Shown: piece after piece, positions 11,044 through 25,700 of the stretch
Layout: the number at the start of each line of letters is the position of its first letter
How positions within the stretch are numbered: position 1 is the stretch's first letter
NCBI RefSeq assembly: GCF_002571385.2
Contig: NW_019217962.1
Span: 236,357-300,356, forward strand
Direction: 5' to 3'
From: Stylophora pistillata
Taxonomy: Eukaryota
Length of the DNA stretch: 64,000 bases
Translations under genes and position numbers: made by a program
Notes under the pieces: model-generated
Told to the model about the DNA's origin: nothing
Seen by the model: the letters and a program-made list of their open reading frames with translations, nothing else
Databases searched by the model: none

Positions 11044-12075
11044 TTAACTTTCACTTTCGATTGCCTCCATGTTGGGTACAGCAGTATGGCCGTTAGATCC
11101 TCGATGTTTACGTTGGTTCATGTAGCCACTGATCGCGGATCCTCGTCTAGTGAGGTACATACTGACAGAGGAGCCCCGTCGGCTGTTCCCTACAGTCTGC
11201 TCTAAATAAACCCGATTAAAAAGTCGCTTGAATGCTCGCCTGTATGTGCGATTCATACAAGTGTATATCACAGGGTTCAAACACGAATTTAAGTATTCCA
11301 TCCACTTGAACATGTTGTAAACTTCCATTGGGTAAGTGAAATTTTTGTTCGTTGCATGACCCACCACAATAATGAAGAATGGAAGCCAACAAATAACGAA
11401 AGCGCCAATGACAACTAAGATGGTCTTTGCTGCCTTCATCTCGTTTGCATGTTCTTTCCCTCCAGCTGATCCAATTCTGTGCACTTGGATTTTGACAACG
11501 ACAAAGATTACAGTGTACATCACGATTACAAGTGACAAGGGAATAAAGAAACTTGCAAAAGCCGCAAAAAGGCCATAGCTGCTCCAATTGGCCAGTCGTA
11601 GAGAGGCGATGGTAGTGGAGTACAACCAAACCAGTGCGAGGATAATTAAGACTCTCTTGGTGGTCAGTATCTTTGGATACTTGAAAGGTGTCACGATTGC
11701 CAACATTCGATCAATACTGACTGCTGTAAGATTCATAATAGAGGCTGTACCACAGAAAATGTCGACGAAATTCCAGAAGGGATACAATCCCTCTTTCAAC
11801 CAAGGCCACGGCCAACTTGTATTATTGAGCTGAACTATGAGCCAGAACGGCATAGCTAACAGAGCAACCAAAATATCTGCCACACTTAAACTAACAATAA
11901 AATAATTACAGATCGTTCTGAGGTTAGGAAAAGTGTAGAAACTGATACACACAAGAACATTTCCAAATAGAGTCACCAAGATCAATATGCCGACGAAGAC
12001 GGCCGCAACGATGCTACTCGGAGTAGGATTTATGCCAGTAGGGGGAGAACCCGTGATATTTCCTGCCTCAGACAT
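11044..12075 (-). CDS. Class A (rhodopsin-like) GPCR, biogenic-amine-receptor-like, 343 aa, single coding exon
   Basis: Seven hydrophobic segments with GN (TM1), SLSVAD (TM2), DIFCGTASIMNL..SIDRM (TM3), W (TM4), FFIP (TM5), CWLPFF (TM6) and NSCLNPVIY (TM7). N-terminal NIT sequon. A splice acceptor at 12109-12110 implies upstream 5' UTR exon(s). Confidence 0.95.
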   Translation of the reverse strand: MSEAGNITGSPPTGINPTPSSIVAAVFVGILILVTLFGNVLVCISFYTFPNLRTICNYFIVSLSVADILVALLAMPFWLIVQLNNTSWPWPWLKEGLYPFWNFVDIFCGTASIMNLTAVSIDRMLAIVTPFKYPKILTTKRVLIILALVWLYSTTIASLRLANWSSYGLFAAFASFFIPLSLVIVMYTVIFVVVKIQVHRIGSAGGKEHANEMKAAKTILVVIGAFVICWLPFFIIVVGHATNKNFTYPMEVYNMFKWMEYLNSCLNPVIYTCMNRTYRRAFKRLFNRVYLEQTVGNSRRGSSVSMYLTRRGSAISGYMNQRKHRGSNGHTAVPNMEAIESES

Positions 12076-15000
12076 GTTGAGTACCTTCCACCGATGCCTT
12101 TAATACGCCTGTGTGAACAAGAAACGAAACAAAAGCTAAACGTCAACCTCATCTGCATAACTGAATAAATACAATCACTGCCATCGAAAGGAACAAAGAA
12201 ATAAAGACCAATTTCCTCAACGCACATGTGGACAAGAGAGTCATACAACTATTCTATGACATGCCCAAAGGCATTTTTTTTCACTTTCTATCTTATAACA
12301 GGCTCAGCATATAATGAAATAATCTCTGTATTGATCAGCTATGGGAATAATTTCGAGGTCAACAAGCGCTTTCGTAGCTTAGGTAATAATCGGTTGCCGG
12401 AAAACCCCAAACGCTCAAAATACCTTAAAAGCTCATTTACACCTTTTCTTTGATTACCGATATTAAACTGCTAAATCAATTAAGGTCACCACTCCATGAC
12501 TATCAATAAAGGAACGGAAAACATTCGCATCAAGCTTTTGGTGGAATAAAGTTAATCGACGAGGTTAAAAAGGCTTCTTAATTATATAAACGCTTTAAGC
12601 AATAAAGGGTAAAGATCAATCTAATATGATAATTCTATCAAAAACTGCATGCATAGAGATGAAATCTCATTGTCGAGATGAATAGGCTTAGAAATCAATT
12701 TACTTTCTTATCACACTTGTTTGTGAATTCAACCTTATTACAGTGGTTCAATTGAGACGTACTATAATAAAAAAATCTGCTCGAATCTCTCTTTATTCTG
12801 AATATGGTTGAAAAATTTCATCACTGTAAAAACAATTTTGAGCATTCAAATCTGCATGGCGAAGACATCGTTGTTCTTCAGACGACGTCCCTCAGTGCAG
12901 AATGATTAAACATGAAAACATAGTCTCTGTCAGACAGATATTTACTCCAGCAAAGACAAGTCTGTTATGATGAACCGGCTTTGTAAATATCTGAAATGTA
13001 AAGGCACTGTTTGTTTTCTTTTCAGTCCGACCTTACTATCCGCTGTTTTCTCTCACTTGAATGCTTTCACCGTGCGTTGACACTTAAGGTGTGGGGAGAA
13101 TTTGGCAAACCCTTCCTGCATAATCTATTCTCCACCTATCGTCAGATTGCTTTTCAGGCCTATGCGGTGAAAAGTAAACTTTGAATGTTGACATTCCGGC
13201 CCCTCGCGTTTTCTATTTTGATGGGCATATCACAGAGCTTATGTAAACTGAACAGACGATATGTCTTTGAAGCTAGACTTGAAACAGTAGGAATTTGATT
13301 TGCTAGGAATTGTCGAATGAACAAAAGGACATCTCAATAACGGAATAGCGACACAATGAAATGCGTTTTAAACTCAAGTTTGACTACCTCCTTGTTGAAA
13401 GTTTTTCTTCTTCCTTAAACCGATCTGCATCTGTTCGCTTTTCTCTAGATTTCACATTCTCTGTAGGGGTCAACAGGTTAGTTGCGCTGCGAGGCTTTAA
13501 TTCAAATAGTTAAAAGATAAGACTTTAACCAAAAATGTACTTCAAAGAAATTGATTTTATCAATCGGTGATTACCGATAGTTGAATAATACTTGATGATC
13601 GCGAGAAGATGATAAATTGTTCGATACACGCAAAGCAAAATCAGAAAACTCTCGTTAAATGAAAGCTCAAGTAGCTTACAGAATTTGTAAGTGGCAAAAG
13701 TTGTATGTGGCATTTGCATTTGCAGCTCTTGCAATATATCCATTTCATTTGAAAACGATGGTTTCGAACGTGCTTACGTGTTTTAGTCATCCGCTCCCTG
13801 CATGATAGGCGCCTACAACTGGCGGAGGCGTATAGTCCGTGACGTCGAATCGGTCTACAAATTCATCCTGACCGGAACACCTAAGATAAGGTCTTTGACA
13901 AATATATATGGCATGATCGACATTTATGCAGGAGCCAAAGAAAACGTTTTTACCTTATAACGATTATTGTGATTCTTCCCTGTCCTGGCTGTGTACGAAA
14001 ATCTGTAATATGGACATCACTAACCTGGGTGGCTCAATTCATTTTTGGCTTTTGAGTCTAAATACGATCAGTGTTGAACTTTGGGTCGAGAAAATAAAAA
14101 TCAGCTCACGAAAACGCAGACGAAATTAGTGCACGTAATTCATGAAAGGAATCACAAAAGCAAATACTTTGACAGGAATAAAGTAAATCTAGTAGCTTTT
14201 ATGCAAACTTTATTAATAGCATCGCCAACAATAGCTCAGAAACCATGATAAATGATCTAAAGACGGAAATTATCCTGTAAGATATCTCTTTTGCGAAATA
14301 TATTTCTGTGACACCTTTTTCGTATTAATCTGAATCTCTTTACCGTTCCACAGTTGACGATTACAATCATACTGTTATTTCTTTGTGCAGCAAAAGAAAG
14401 CTAGCTTTACGATATACTTTGACTTGATGAGCACAAACAAACGGAAAGATCGATGTATGGAGCCCAGAAATAGAAGCAATTTGTACTTCTGAATATCCTC
14501 AATCAGTGGAAGCTATGGAATATTTTTAATGAAAGGTTTATCTTGAGATTCGCGATGTACTGTGATTTGATAAGCATGGTTAACTGAACAGAAGGATCCA
14601 AAGAACTAAATATTATCTTTCGTAACCATGCGTTAATCAATTCACGCCGAAACTTCACGGAACGAAACTTTTGGCGTCTTTTTGGACAGACTCAGATATG
14701 ATCTGTCTCTCTTTCACGCGTTAAGAGATTGATCTCGGCTTCGATGGAAAGCTGTTGATAAGCTTTGGTAATAAACAGATGAAACTAAAGAATTGTAACC
14801 CATATTTCAAAACACCGGTATTCAATTCAGACTGATATTTATTGTTTTGTCTCAACCTAAAATCAAACAAAAAATAAAAAAAAGATGACCAGTTTCGGTC
14901 CATGCTTTCAGACGTTCTAATGCTGCCCCAGAAAAGTCCACATTTTTTTTTTTTTCTTTTGCACTTACACCAAAGATACATTAGTTTTGCGGTGTTTCCT

Positions 15001-18000
15001 CGTTAAGAGATAAAGTTGTTTCTTTCGTGATAGACGATGCACGGGATTAATTATAAATTATTTTAAAAAATGAAAACAACGAAACGTTTCTACTTACGCC
15101 TCCGTTGGCCTGTTCTCACTTACTCCGCAATCGTTTAACAAATTCCTTAAAACCATTAACGAAGAGCTTCGATTGCAATTGTTAGAATCGAACCCGATTT
15201 GATAAGAAGATTCCCGTAAAAAAAACTTAATTTAAATTGAATCTGGATCTTCTTAGCTCATTGTTCGGGCGATACCCCACAGTCTATCCTGTAATCTATG
15301 GAACTTGGCTTCAATGCCATTGGTTCTATGTGAACGACAAACGGAGACCTTCAGTTCAAACCCTTAATAAATAAGTGATTATTTGCTTTGACGTATAAAT
15401 TTATGAAAAACCTAGACAAAACCAATACATTTACTCGCATTACTTAGCTCAGCACACAATGATTGTTTACGCGCTGAAATAGTGAATTAATCTGCTCTTC
15501 CCAGGCTTTTCCTTGCGGCGACAAAAGAAAAATTGCATAAAGGGGAAACATTTCTTGAATTATAGTAAACATAATAAGATTTTAGAGGCGAGACACCCGT
15601 GCTTAATTGCTAGGCAAACCAACTACAGTGAATTGTTTAAACGCATCGCATCATGGAACAGGATGCGCGAAAGGTCACGCCGGCAAAAATGTTGTAGGTG
15701 ACAAAAGCGAAATCATCGACCAAAGATTAAAAGTAACAGGCTTAAATTACGAGGCAAGTATTTCCATGCGATTCTGAAGTAATTTCTGTAACAGTAATTT
15801 TGTAACAGTAATTTTGCAAAAGTGTGAAATAAACGAACAGAAATTACTTTTTACGTTTGTTGATCTGTGCACTCTTGTTGTTCTTTACAATTTATCTACC
15901 ATACCTTACAGCGATTCGGGTCACAGTGTACAAGACTTTTTCAACTGCCACTCTCCGTGACAGAAATCTCCGTACCAATAGATAAGTAACAGCTTTGAAG
16001 ATTTCAAAGGCCGGCCACACCTTTTCGTATGTAATAATCAATTTGGTCTTTTGTGGTTCGGTTCCTTTCACATATACTGTCAACGAACGCAGGTAAAGAT
16101 ATCGCTAGATTCTATTAAAATAATCTTGTCTTTTTTAATTACAAATTAAGAACTACATTTCAACTTTAATTTACGGTTCAGAGAAGCCCATAATGTGACT
16201 GATTAAGGAGTGTCAACATTGTGGTTTAATTTGCGGGTCGCGTCAGAAGATTTTCAACCAGTTTCCAAATATGGTAATTAATCGGAGCTGAGGATGGTTT
16301 TTTTATTTTCGAAACTAGTCTTACTCGTTCAGCATATGTTCACAATTTTATACAAACTTAGGTCGACTTAAGCCGAGCAAGCTTAAGCAAGAAAACTCCT
16401 CTTTTGACAAAAAAAAAAAGTTAAAATTTAGCCAACGCAAACTATGTTTTGCCACTTTCTGGCAGAGATGATTATAAATAATTAAAATATGTACACAGTT
16501 TCATCCGCTTCATAATTAATCTTCACCAGAAAGTAACCTCTTTGCGCGTTAAGATTGTCATAAATACGTCGAGCAGCGAGCAAATCGTAAACATAATCTA
16601 CGAGCTACGAGAAGTTAAAAAATTGCCACTCCATTTTGCTGACACGAACTTGAGTTTGGGAGATAAATTTGAAACTGATGTTAAGTAAGACCTTATGCCA
16701 AGAAAAAAGAAAACAAACTTAAAGATAACTTAAAAAAATCTTCAAATGCTCGCCTTGTAATTTATAAAATCCAATTCAGATAAACAGCGAGAAGATTGTT
16801 CCAAAACATGACCTCATAGGTCAGTTGCATGCTAGCTAATCAGTGCTCTTTTCATCAGTGTATGGAACTATGTTATCGTGCAGTTATTTTCAAAGAGTAG
16901 CGCGTCCTTTTTCACTTTTAATTAAGTAAACAACAGAAAAAGCCATGTTTAGGTACAAATCAAGAGATTCTGGTGTGACCTGATTCGCTGAAATGCAACG
17001 AAAGGTACATATTTGTTGCAACCTGTCTTGGGTGCGTGGTAAATCGGGCTTGGAGCGGAAGAATCAATTTTAGAAGCAAATTTTAGCTTGTAAAGGATAA
17101 GCAAACTCCATTTACTCTCAGACTGAACAATAAACAATAGAAGATTCGTTCGTTTCCGGGGAAAAGAAAACGAAGCAAAAAGGTGATTTTTTTTCAGACC
17201 CGAAACATCTAAAACTAAAGATTTCATTAGTGCACGACAAAACATCAAACTTACGGTTAGTATTGGAAACGAATAAACGCCCGCTTTCCCTCGCTACATC
17301 AACTTCCTTTTCAAAAGAATAGTCATTCTGGAAACATGCCAAGGGGGTCGATAATCAAGAAGCTTTCCCTTTATAGCAGCCACTAGAAAGAGGTTAATGG
17401 CTCATCAGTTAGAGGCAGATGGTTTCATTCATAAACATTCAACAAAGATATTTGTTAAAGACTCTCTTGCGACTGCATGGTGCATGAAGAAAAACATGAT
17501 GATAACTGGACAACACATCAGCGTTACGTTACGAAACTGCAATTACAAGAGTACGAAGCTTAATTACTGAAATGGTTACATATTAACAGCTATAGAAAAC
17601 AACCTTTCCAAGGAATTTTTAAAAAAAATGTTTCATCGCGTATATCTAAGGGAGTGAAATTACATCTCTTTTTAATTATCCTTTGCATGCTAGAGTGCTC
17701 TCCATCAGACGTTTTTTGTTTGACGAAAAGCGACACTATCCTTCGTCAACACAACAAGGAGATTTCAAGATGGCGAAAACACAAAGCTTTTTTTTGCGTC
17801 GCTTTGCTAAAGCAAAAAAAAAAAGAAAACAGAAATTCGCGTTATAATGATGGTGGATTTTTCATGATAAAAAAAAACATCTGTTATTGTTTCATTCGCC
17901 GAAATATAGCATTCATTAGGCAACAGTTCATACAGCTAAGACTCTGAATTCAATGATTAAGTTAATGGAGTTTTAAATGTAAATGAAAATTGATGAGAAT

Positions 18001-21000
18001 TGAATATTTCACTCAAAATATGGTATTACGGTAGTAAGTTGAGGAAAACAATCAGCGAACGAATTTCTAGGGTGTGAATTAGAGCCGCCACGCTATGTGA
18101 CAAAGTAGACATTTTAGTTAAATTTTCAAACCTTTTAATGAATAGATGAATCCAAAGCTAAGCCGACGACAACTCACCATGATTCAAGAGCATTCACTAA
18201 TAGTCCTTGGGAAAAAAAATCGATATCTTTTCCCAGCAAACCAGTTAATTAATTACTGTACTAAGAAATATTAATTTCTAAAGATACCTCTGTCGCTTCT
18301 CTGTCCATTGGCAAAACAGTCTGTTTCTGTTCCTTTCTTTTTTCTGTAAGCGATCCAAAAGTGCCGAACTTAAACTCAAATGGCGTATTCGTATCAATTT
18401 GTGTAAACGCCGTTGTCGGCCTGACGTGCGTAACAAAGAAATGCATTAACCTGATCGCTTGGATAGTCATTTTAAATTCGTACAATAAACCTCATTAGCA
18501 GCCGGTACCTTTCAAATTCAAATCAACAGCTATTTAATCATCTGAGCCTCGTTTACTTACGCGACTCAACTATCATAATGTTTTTTATAACGACTAAAAA
18601 TAAACATGAGCAATTTACCATAGTCAGTTGGTGTGACGCTCGGATTCATGCCGCCTCACAGACGGTTTCTACTTCCTTGACTCGGAGACAAACATTAAGG
18701 CAAACGTAGGTTATCATTGTGTCCCAAAAAAATTCCCTGCTGCGAGCTGTAGACTGATTGTGTGGTTCACAGCCATTAAGAAAAATAAAAGTATAGGATT
18801 ACGAACAGTTATACAGCCTGTCGAGAAAAGTTTATTCACAAGCGCATGAAAACTTCACTTCTCAAAATTTTACAACCTGGCATTACTAAAAGTCTTCGCT
18901 CCCCTCCCTGGTCAATTTGTTGCATCTTCATTTCGCAAATATGTTTTCCGAAGGAAAAAACGCACTGAGAAAAATGATTGAAAAAGGGAATGGGGCCGTA
19001 AGTACGATACAAGAGCTTCAATTGAGAATAAGTGGGCTGTTCGTGAAGTCGTCTCTACAATCATAGGCGGATGGGGAAGCACTCCTTTGAGGTAACAGCT
19101 CCCAAGTTGAGTTCCCCCCCTCCCTCCCAAAGTACATTTGTTTCCTCTTCTGAAGTTTATGAGGTCTGCGAAAACAAACCTATTCAGATAAGCTTCTGAA
19201 TAGAATTTATCTTATTCTTTGAGGCACATATCTGCAATAATCATGATACATTAGATTACAATTATAGACTACAAAACTCAACTAATTTTTTTGTTTGTTT
19301 GTTTGTTTTTGTTTTTGTTTTTACTTTTCCTTAGGAAATACTCCATCGCTTTCAGAATATGGAGACGTAAACTCGTTATGAAGCACTCGTGATCTGATAA
19401 CATAAACAGCACTATATAAGTGTGAACTTATAACCATTTTACAAAAATTGCGGTATGCAATTTTCACGGCCTTCTTAGCCGAAAGAAACTAAACGAAAAT
19501 AATATGATTTCAATTGCTGCTCGCTCCCTGGTAACACCAGAGTAAAATTTTACGATATTACCCAGCGTGATGTCCTCTTAGACTTTAGTTCGGTGTCGTT
19601 TTAGTTGTTTTTCCCCTCATTTAACACAACAATTTCAATTATCCAAGGACAGACAGGATGTTTTTCATAGCATGTTACTAACAGCAGGTTTTCGAGACTG
19701 TCTAAATTGAATCAGTTTTTTTCCTGCTCTTTATCTAAAAGATCACTGTTTAGGCGTTTTTTTTTCCAGAATTTCTTTATTTTAAAGATCTGAATTTGGT
19801 CATTTTCCAGAAGAATCCTCCGACAACGACAAATTTAAGTTTGAGGAACTCTCCATTCGTTTTGTCATTCAAAAGGTAAAGTGTTTTCAACTCGAATATT
19901 CATTACTGTTCAGTGAACACAAAAGACAGCTAACGAAATATTTTCGGTCTGTCGGATTGCCTGCGTTCTGTCACTAATGCGCATTAGGTATGTTTTCATT
20001 TCTTTCAGAATTCATGGAAAAGAATGAAACATAAATTTGATGTTCCCTTGATGTTCCCTCTCTTGTTAGTATGTAAAACGAGCGGGAATATTTTGCCATT
20101 GATTTGATCTTGTGAAAATATTGTCAATTTGAACTAACCGCACACCAGTCTTTGCCAAAAATTAAAATCTGCTCGAAGACAAAAAAAAATAATATAACTT
20201 TTAGAGTTGGATATCAATGTAGTTTTTGTTTTGTTTTGTCTTTTTCTTTTTCCATTCTATTTACAATAATATGTTTTCCCACATCCTCTTGTTTGTTTTT
20301 GTGCCTAAATGGCTGACGTGAAAAACAATTTGAAAAGGCAACAGTCGATTGAAAAGGCGGTTTGTGGTGAAAATGGGAAGCCGAATTCGAGACTTTGAGC
20401 TGCTCCGAACCCCTGCGAAACTTCCTAAAAACCGCCGTTTCTACAAAGTACAGAAAATAATTTGAGCCACGCAAAACACCTTCGATATGTTATTCTGGCA
20501 CTAAATGTAAATTTACAGGTTTTTGTTTCTTAAAAAAAATAATAAAAAAAGTAGATCATTACTTACAATGTTTGTAATCGTGTTCAAGTTGCAGAGCTCT
20601 GACAAAAACTTCCGTCGATATCTCAAGCGCTCGATTCTTGTAGCAAAAGATTAGTGCGGTTTTGAATAATGTTCTTCCGGCGAAATGATTTCAGCTGTTT
20701 AAAGATAATTACGCAATTTCATGCGCAAATAATGACCGAATACATACATTCTGCTGGGTTTAATTTTGATGTGACTACAATTTTTATTTCGATACCGAAA
20801 TGGTGATATATATATATGATAAAACCTTCAGGTGTATATCATTCTTGCAAAACATGTGAATTATAAGGCGGTGCACCGTATGAAAGTGCCGGGAAAAATA
20901 TTCCTGATAGCTGTTAGTGCCCGGATGGGGAACTGAAAATAGAATCCCCCGAGCAAAGCTATCGTCTGAATATTTATTCACATCAAAAAAGATATCACCT

Positions 21001-22276
21001 CTATGTAAATATTTTGGCTAAAATATAACTGGTTAAGTTCTCTTTCAAACTATCGTAAATACGATCATAGTTTCAAGATAATAAACAAGTTTTTTTGAGC
21101 AACCTTTGAAGGTTATGACACGGTTTGCTTGTTTACTTTGAAACAACTATATGCTCAATGTAAGTTCTTTGTATTTTTTTTTTCTTCGTCTTCTTTGTGA
21201 GCCGTTAATTTTTAGTCGAGTAACCAAATCAGAGCTTGGAAAGCTCGGGAAAGAAACCTTTCTGTATCCAGTCAAAGAGTCATATTTCTTACAGGCTTCC
21301 AGGTGATCTCATAAACCCAAAAGAGTAAATAATTTACAATTTATTACTTGAAGTCTTCCAAGCATAATCCCCTCGATTCTAAGGGATTAACATAGGCAGG
21401 GAGTAATTTTTTAAGATTTTTTTATCATTATTATGTTTTTTTTCACATTCCCGAAAGCGTGGATGTTTGTTGCTATTTAAAACCGCCATCGAGACTAGAG
21501 GTGCCGCGTGTTCAACAAGGACGCGGTGAAACAATAGCTATGATGAGCTGAACAAAAGCCCAGCAAGTGCATTTATGAAAACGTGGTACATTTCCTACAT
21601 TTTCTTTTGTGTAGTCTGATGAACTCGACAGGAAACAATTTACCTTTTTACTTAAAGATCGACACCTCCTTAACAGGCACGGTTATAAACGCATAGTAAA
21701 CACACCGCATCGCTCGTGAAATTCTCAACATAATAACAAGCGTGTTTAGACTTAAAGTTAAATTTTCTAGCGAGGTTTCGCCATTATGGCTGCGTAAGAT
21801 TCGTCGTAAGTCTATTAAGAAAAGCTTCTTGCGTCTTTTAGTTTTCTAGAAGATAACAGTTTGGAATCGCATTGCACGAACGGACTACTGATGGCAGTGT
21901 GAATCCATGTTTGAAAGATTAATTTTTCTAAATTACACTTCTTTGTCTCGGAAATGTTCCTCAGTACTAAACGCGTTACGTAGCAGTCTGTTTGGTAAGG
22001 AAGCGTCAAATTTCACGCCCATGCCGAAGCTCGAATAATTTATTCCTTCACGCTTGAAATTTACCTCAACCTTCAAAGTTTTCCTTTATACTTTCTTTCT
22101 ACTGATGCATCGTGAAGCTGTCGCAGCGGGAACCGCAGTAATTAATCACCAATAAAACTGCAGAATTTGTTCTTCTTCACAACATGATTGGTTCAGAAAA
22201 CTAGCTGCATCCTCTTAACCAATCAGATTTAAAACCGAAATAAATCACGACCTGGTCACCGCGTTTTCCCGCGCTT

Positions 22277-22770
22277 TACATACATACATACATACTTTAT
22301 TTAAGGAAGTTTAAGAGGTTAACCCTATGTAAATAAACTTCCAAAGAAATAAAATTTAAAAATGTATGCTTATAATAAAATCTAAGATGGATAAAAACCT
22401 AAGAAATACGCATGTATAATTTAAGAGCTGTTTTGAAACGTCTTAAGTTACCTATCTCAACGACACTCGCGGGTAGATCATTCCATTCACGAATGTTTGT
22501 AATTGTGGTTGGACCTGGTACGTTTTAAAGCAAATTTAAAAAAATCACAAAAATGAAGGCCTCTCAGCCCGAATACAAGTTTATAACATTCTACGAAGGA
22601 AAAATACAGCCTTCTATCAATCAACTTCGACCAATTTAACATCTCAAAACGATCTTCATATGACATCTCACCCCTTCGCTGACCTAAAGCCAATCGAGAG
22701 GCTCTTCTCTGAACTTTCTCCAAGAGAACAATATTTTCAACTATACTAAGGGCACCATACTGGGGAAGCG
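22277..22770 (-). mobile_element. 5'-truncated CR1/L2-group LINE 3' end
   Basis: YASPVW-like start, EKVQRRASRLALGQRRGEMSYEDR...CYKLVFG...RTRSNH and WNDLP, followed by AATAAA and a (TATG)n tail at 22277-22295. Confidence 0.85.
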
Positions 22771-25700
22771 TAAACTGTTTGCTTGTTTTAATTTGAGTCC
22801 TGATTGACTCCTATTCATGTTTCCCTTTATTGTGATTGGCTCCTTTTTCTTGTTTTGGTTTTACGAAACTCAGTTGAATATTGCTCTGCCTCATCAACCA
22901 AGTGATGAAAAAGCATCTCGAAAAAATTGGGGAAGGAGGGTCGCTGTTCAATGGCTACAACAGACTTCATACAAAACATGATAAGAAAAACCTCACGGAA
23001 TGAATTTAACAAAGCGATGATTAGCCTTTCAAAAGAGCTATGTCACGGTACGGTACACCGTGAACGATTTTTTGGCCCGATCTGCAAGTTCCAGTCCGCG
23101 TTTATTCTCTCTTTCCTTGTTCACCTCGTTCAATTTTTGGATGAATTTCAACTCTCCTTGTGTTTGTCTATATTAACAATCGATTCTATGCACATTCCTT
23201 TCTACAAATCCTTCGTGTAAGGGTCGTGCCACCCGTTGATTATATATACCGTCGCTTTTCCAAACAAAATTAATGTCTTTCCATCAAAAGGTAAGGAGGT
23301 TCTTTGCAATTCTTGTTGATTAATGGCGGTCTCGCGCACGTGCAGCATCTAAAGACTTCAGCGGCTACGTAAGGGAAAAGGAAGCGCGACAGATATGTTG
23401 TTTTAAGGGTATTTTAACAATAAGGCTGTCGCCGGAACATTCAAACTCTTTGATGCTGCATTCCCCTCTCATAAAAATTCAAAAACTGTTGATAACCCCT
23501 CGATTAGAAGTCGTTAATTGCTCATCATGAAAAAAAATCCAGCCTAAGTCTGTAATAATATCTTACACTTTCACCGTGCCATTCTTTTTTTGTTGTTTTG
23601 TTGTCTTTTTGTCTCTTGTTATCTCTTTTCTAAGTGTCTTCATTATATCCCACTATTTATTCAAGATTTCAGTCTATTCGAAGGTAATTTTCTAAGGCGC
23701 CAGCCTAAAAGCAAACGACAGGTAAGTACAAGGCATTCATTTCCACCAATAATTATGATGAAGCGTGATGAGTTTTCAACTGAAATTCATGAGCGTGACC
23801 GTTCAAATAAAATTCTGATTTTCATTAATTCTCCATTGAAACTCGACCATTTCGTGGTTGTCTCACTTAAACACAGCTATTTCTTCATGGAATCACATTA
23901 ATCGCAATAAAAATGAATCTTCATGGCAGGCCGAGCAAAAATGTGTTTTAGATGATCCAGCCATTTTTGAGCTTAAGCATTTTGTTCATATTTTCTTCGA
24001 TTAAGAGCGATAGCGACAGGTTGTTCGTGACTTTCCGTTGACAACTTCCGGTAACAGGAGTAATTTAAAGAGAAAAGAAAATAAACAACAATTACGAGTT
24101 GGTCCGGTGCCCAACACGGACAAATCATTAGGAACAATTTAAATCTTGGACTGGACTTTCCAATAACATTAGGCGAGGAAACTTTAACGGACAGCTTCGA
24201 GCTAATTATATCACAGCTGTTTTTCTTCTTGCTCCCATGTTACGAAAATAACACTGCGTCTTCTTCAAGAGCCACTAATAGCTTTTCTCACCTTCCGAGG
24301 ACAAAGATGGAACATCGAAACCTGCGCCTTTCAGCTCTATCTGGACATCGTCTGTCATCCACGCATTTATCGATAAAGAAACGAAGGACTGTGGAAGGGC
24401 TGAGGAAGCCCAATAATTTTATCAGGATCTATAAGACCAAGCCTGAGGGCAATAGAATTTGCTCGTGGTCTGATAACAAAATGTGGGTATGCGCAACACA
24501 TTTTTTCCGGTCAGACTTGGCAATGATACTGTACAAACAACACGTAAATGCAACAGAAGTCCAAGATGGAATGATTAATTAACTACTATTTCTTTCATGA
24601 ACAATGTACTGTGTCTAACAGAATCATTTTTACAACACCATTTGGCGGGACAACAAGTGTTGTATGTGGAGCGGGTTTTTTCCATAGTTGAGAGATCTAA
24701 ACTTGAATTCCTAACCAACACTATTCTGCGATTGCTGTAATTGCAGTCAACCTCCTATAATTATTTCTTTGCTTGACTGTGCGGCACAGGAGTTTCATGT
24801 TTCTGTAACTTTTTTTAGAGACTGTACAGTATTCTCCAGTTAATTACACCTTCCAGACTTCTGTCTTAAATCCGAGGGTGACAACACACGATCAGTTAAT
24901 TGCTTTCTAGTCAGGGAGAGATAAGAAGCAATCTTGCAAAAGACACGCAAGCAATTGAATTCACTCGGGTGTGTTAGCATATGCGAATCAGATTAAAACG
25001 TTGTATAATACTCATGACCACCTCTGGCGTTAAACTCAAACGTCTTCCAAATCTAAGACACAAGAGCTGGGAAAGAACCTGCTCATCTCAACCGCACTGG
25101 TCAAGTTCAATGCGGCGTTTCTAAAAGCCTAATGCCGGTTCTTCTTTTGTGCGCTATTTCCTTTAATTTGCTCTCAAGAGAGATCATTTTCAAGTAAGGT
25201 TCACATTACCTTAAAATGCCAGAAAATATCAAGAAATTATTTAATCGACTATATTCACATGTCAAAGTTACTGTTCTCCTTTCAATTTCTTATTTCAAGT
25301 TACCGAGTAAACCCAGTCTTTTTTGTCGAAACCTTTGCCTGGACAGTTTCTCGTTTCAAAACGAAATATGTTTATTTCCTCTTGTTTACAGCACTAACAT
25401 TGCTTATTTTCTTGTCATATTGAAGTGATCTTGTGCAATAATAATGTATTTTCGGATAGTGTCATATGACTCATTCTAAAGCGTTTCGTTTTCAAAATAA
25501 AAAAAGAACTTAAAACATTTTAACAGCGTTATAGTCGTGTTCCTCACTCCTTAAGTCCGTACGTGGACCCTTAAGATCCAAATATTTACAAGAATCTCGA
25601 TTATCGTTAAGAACGCTTAACCTGTCTTCGCCGGTCAATTTGTTGGCGCTGGTACGACTCTTGTTTACTTATTGTCCGCACTAACTAAACCACAAGGTGT

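Noticed and set aside
11216-11833. ORFs overlapping the GPCR
   Set aside because: Alternative-frame and antisense shadows of the GPCR coding sequence.
17380-17410. CUGAUGA followed by a GCCA/UGGC stem on the minus strand (second hammerhead?)
   Set aside because: No GAAA, stem III or stem I.
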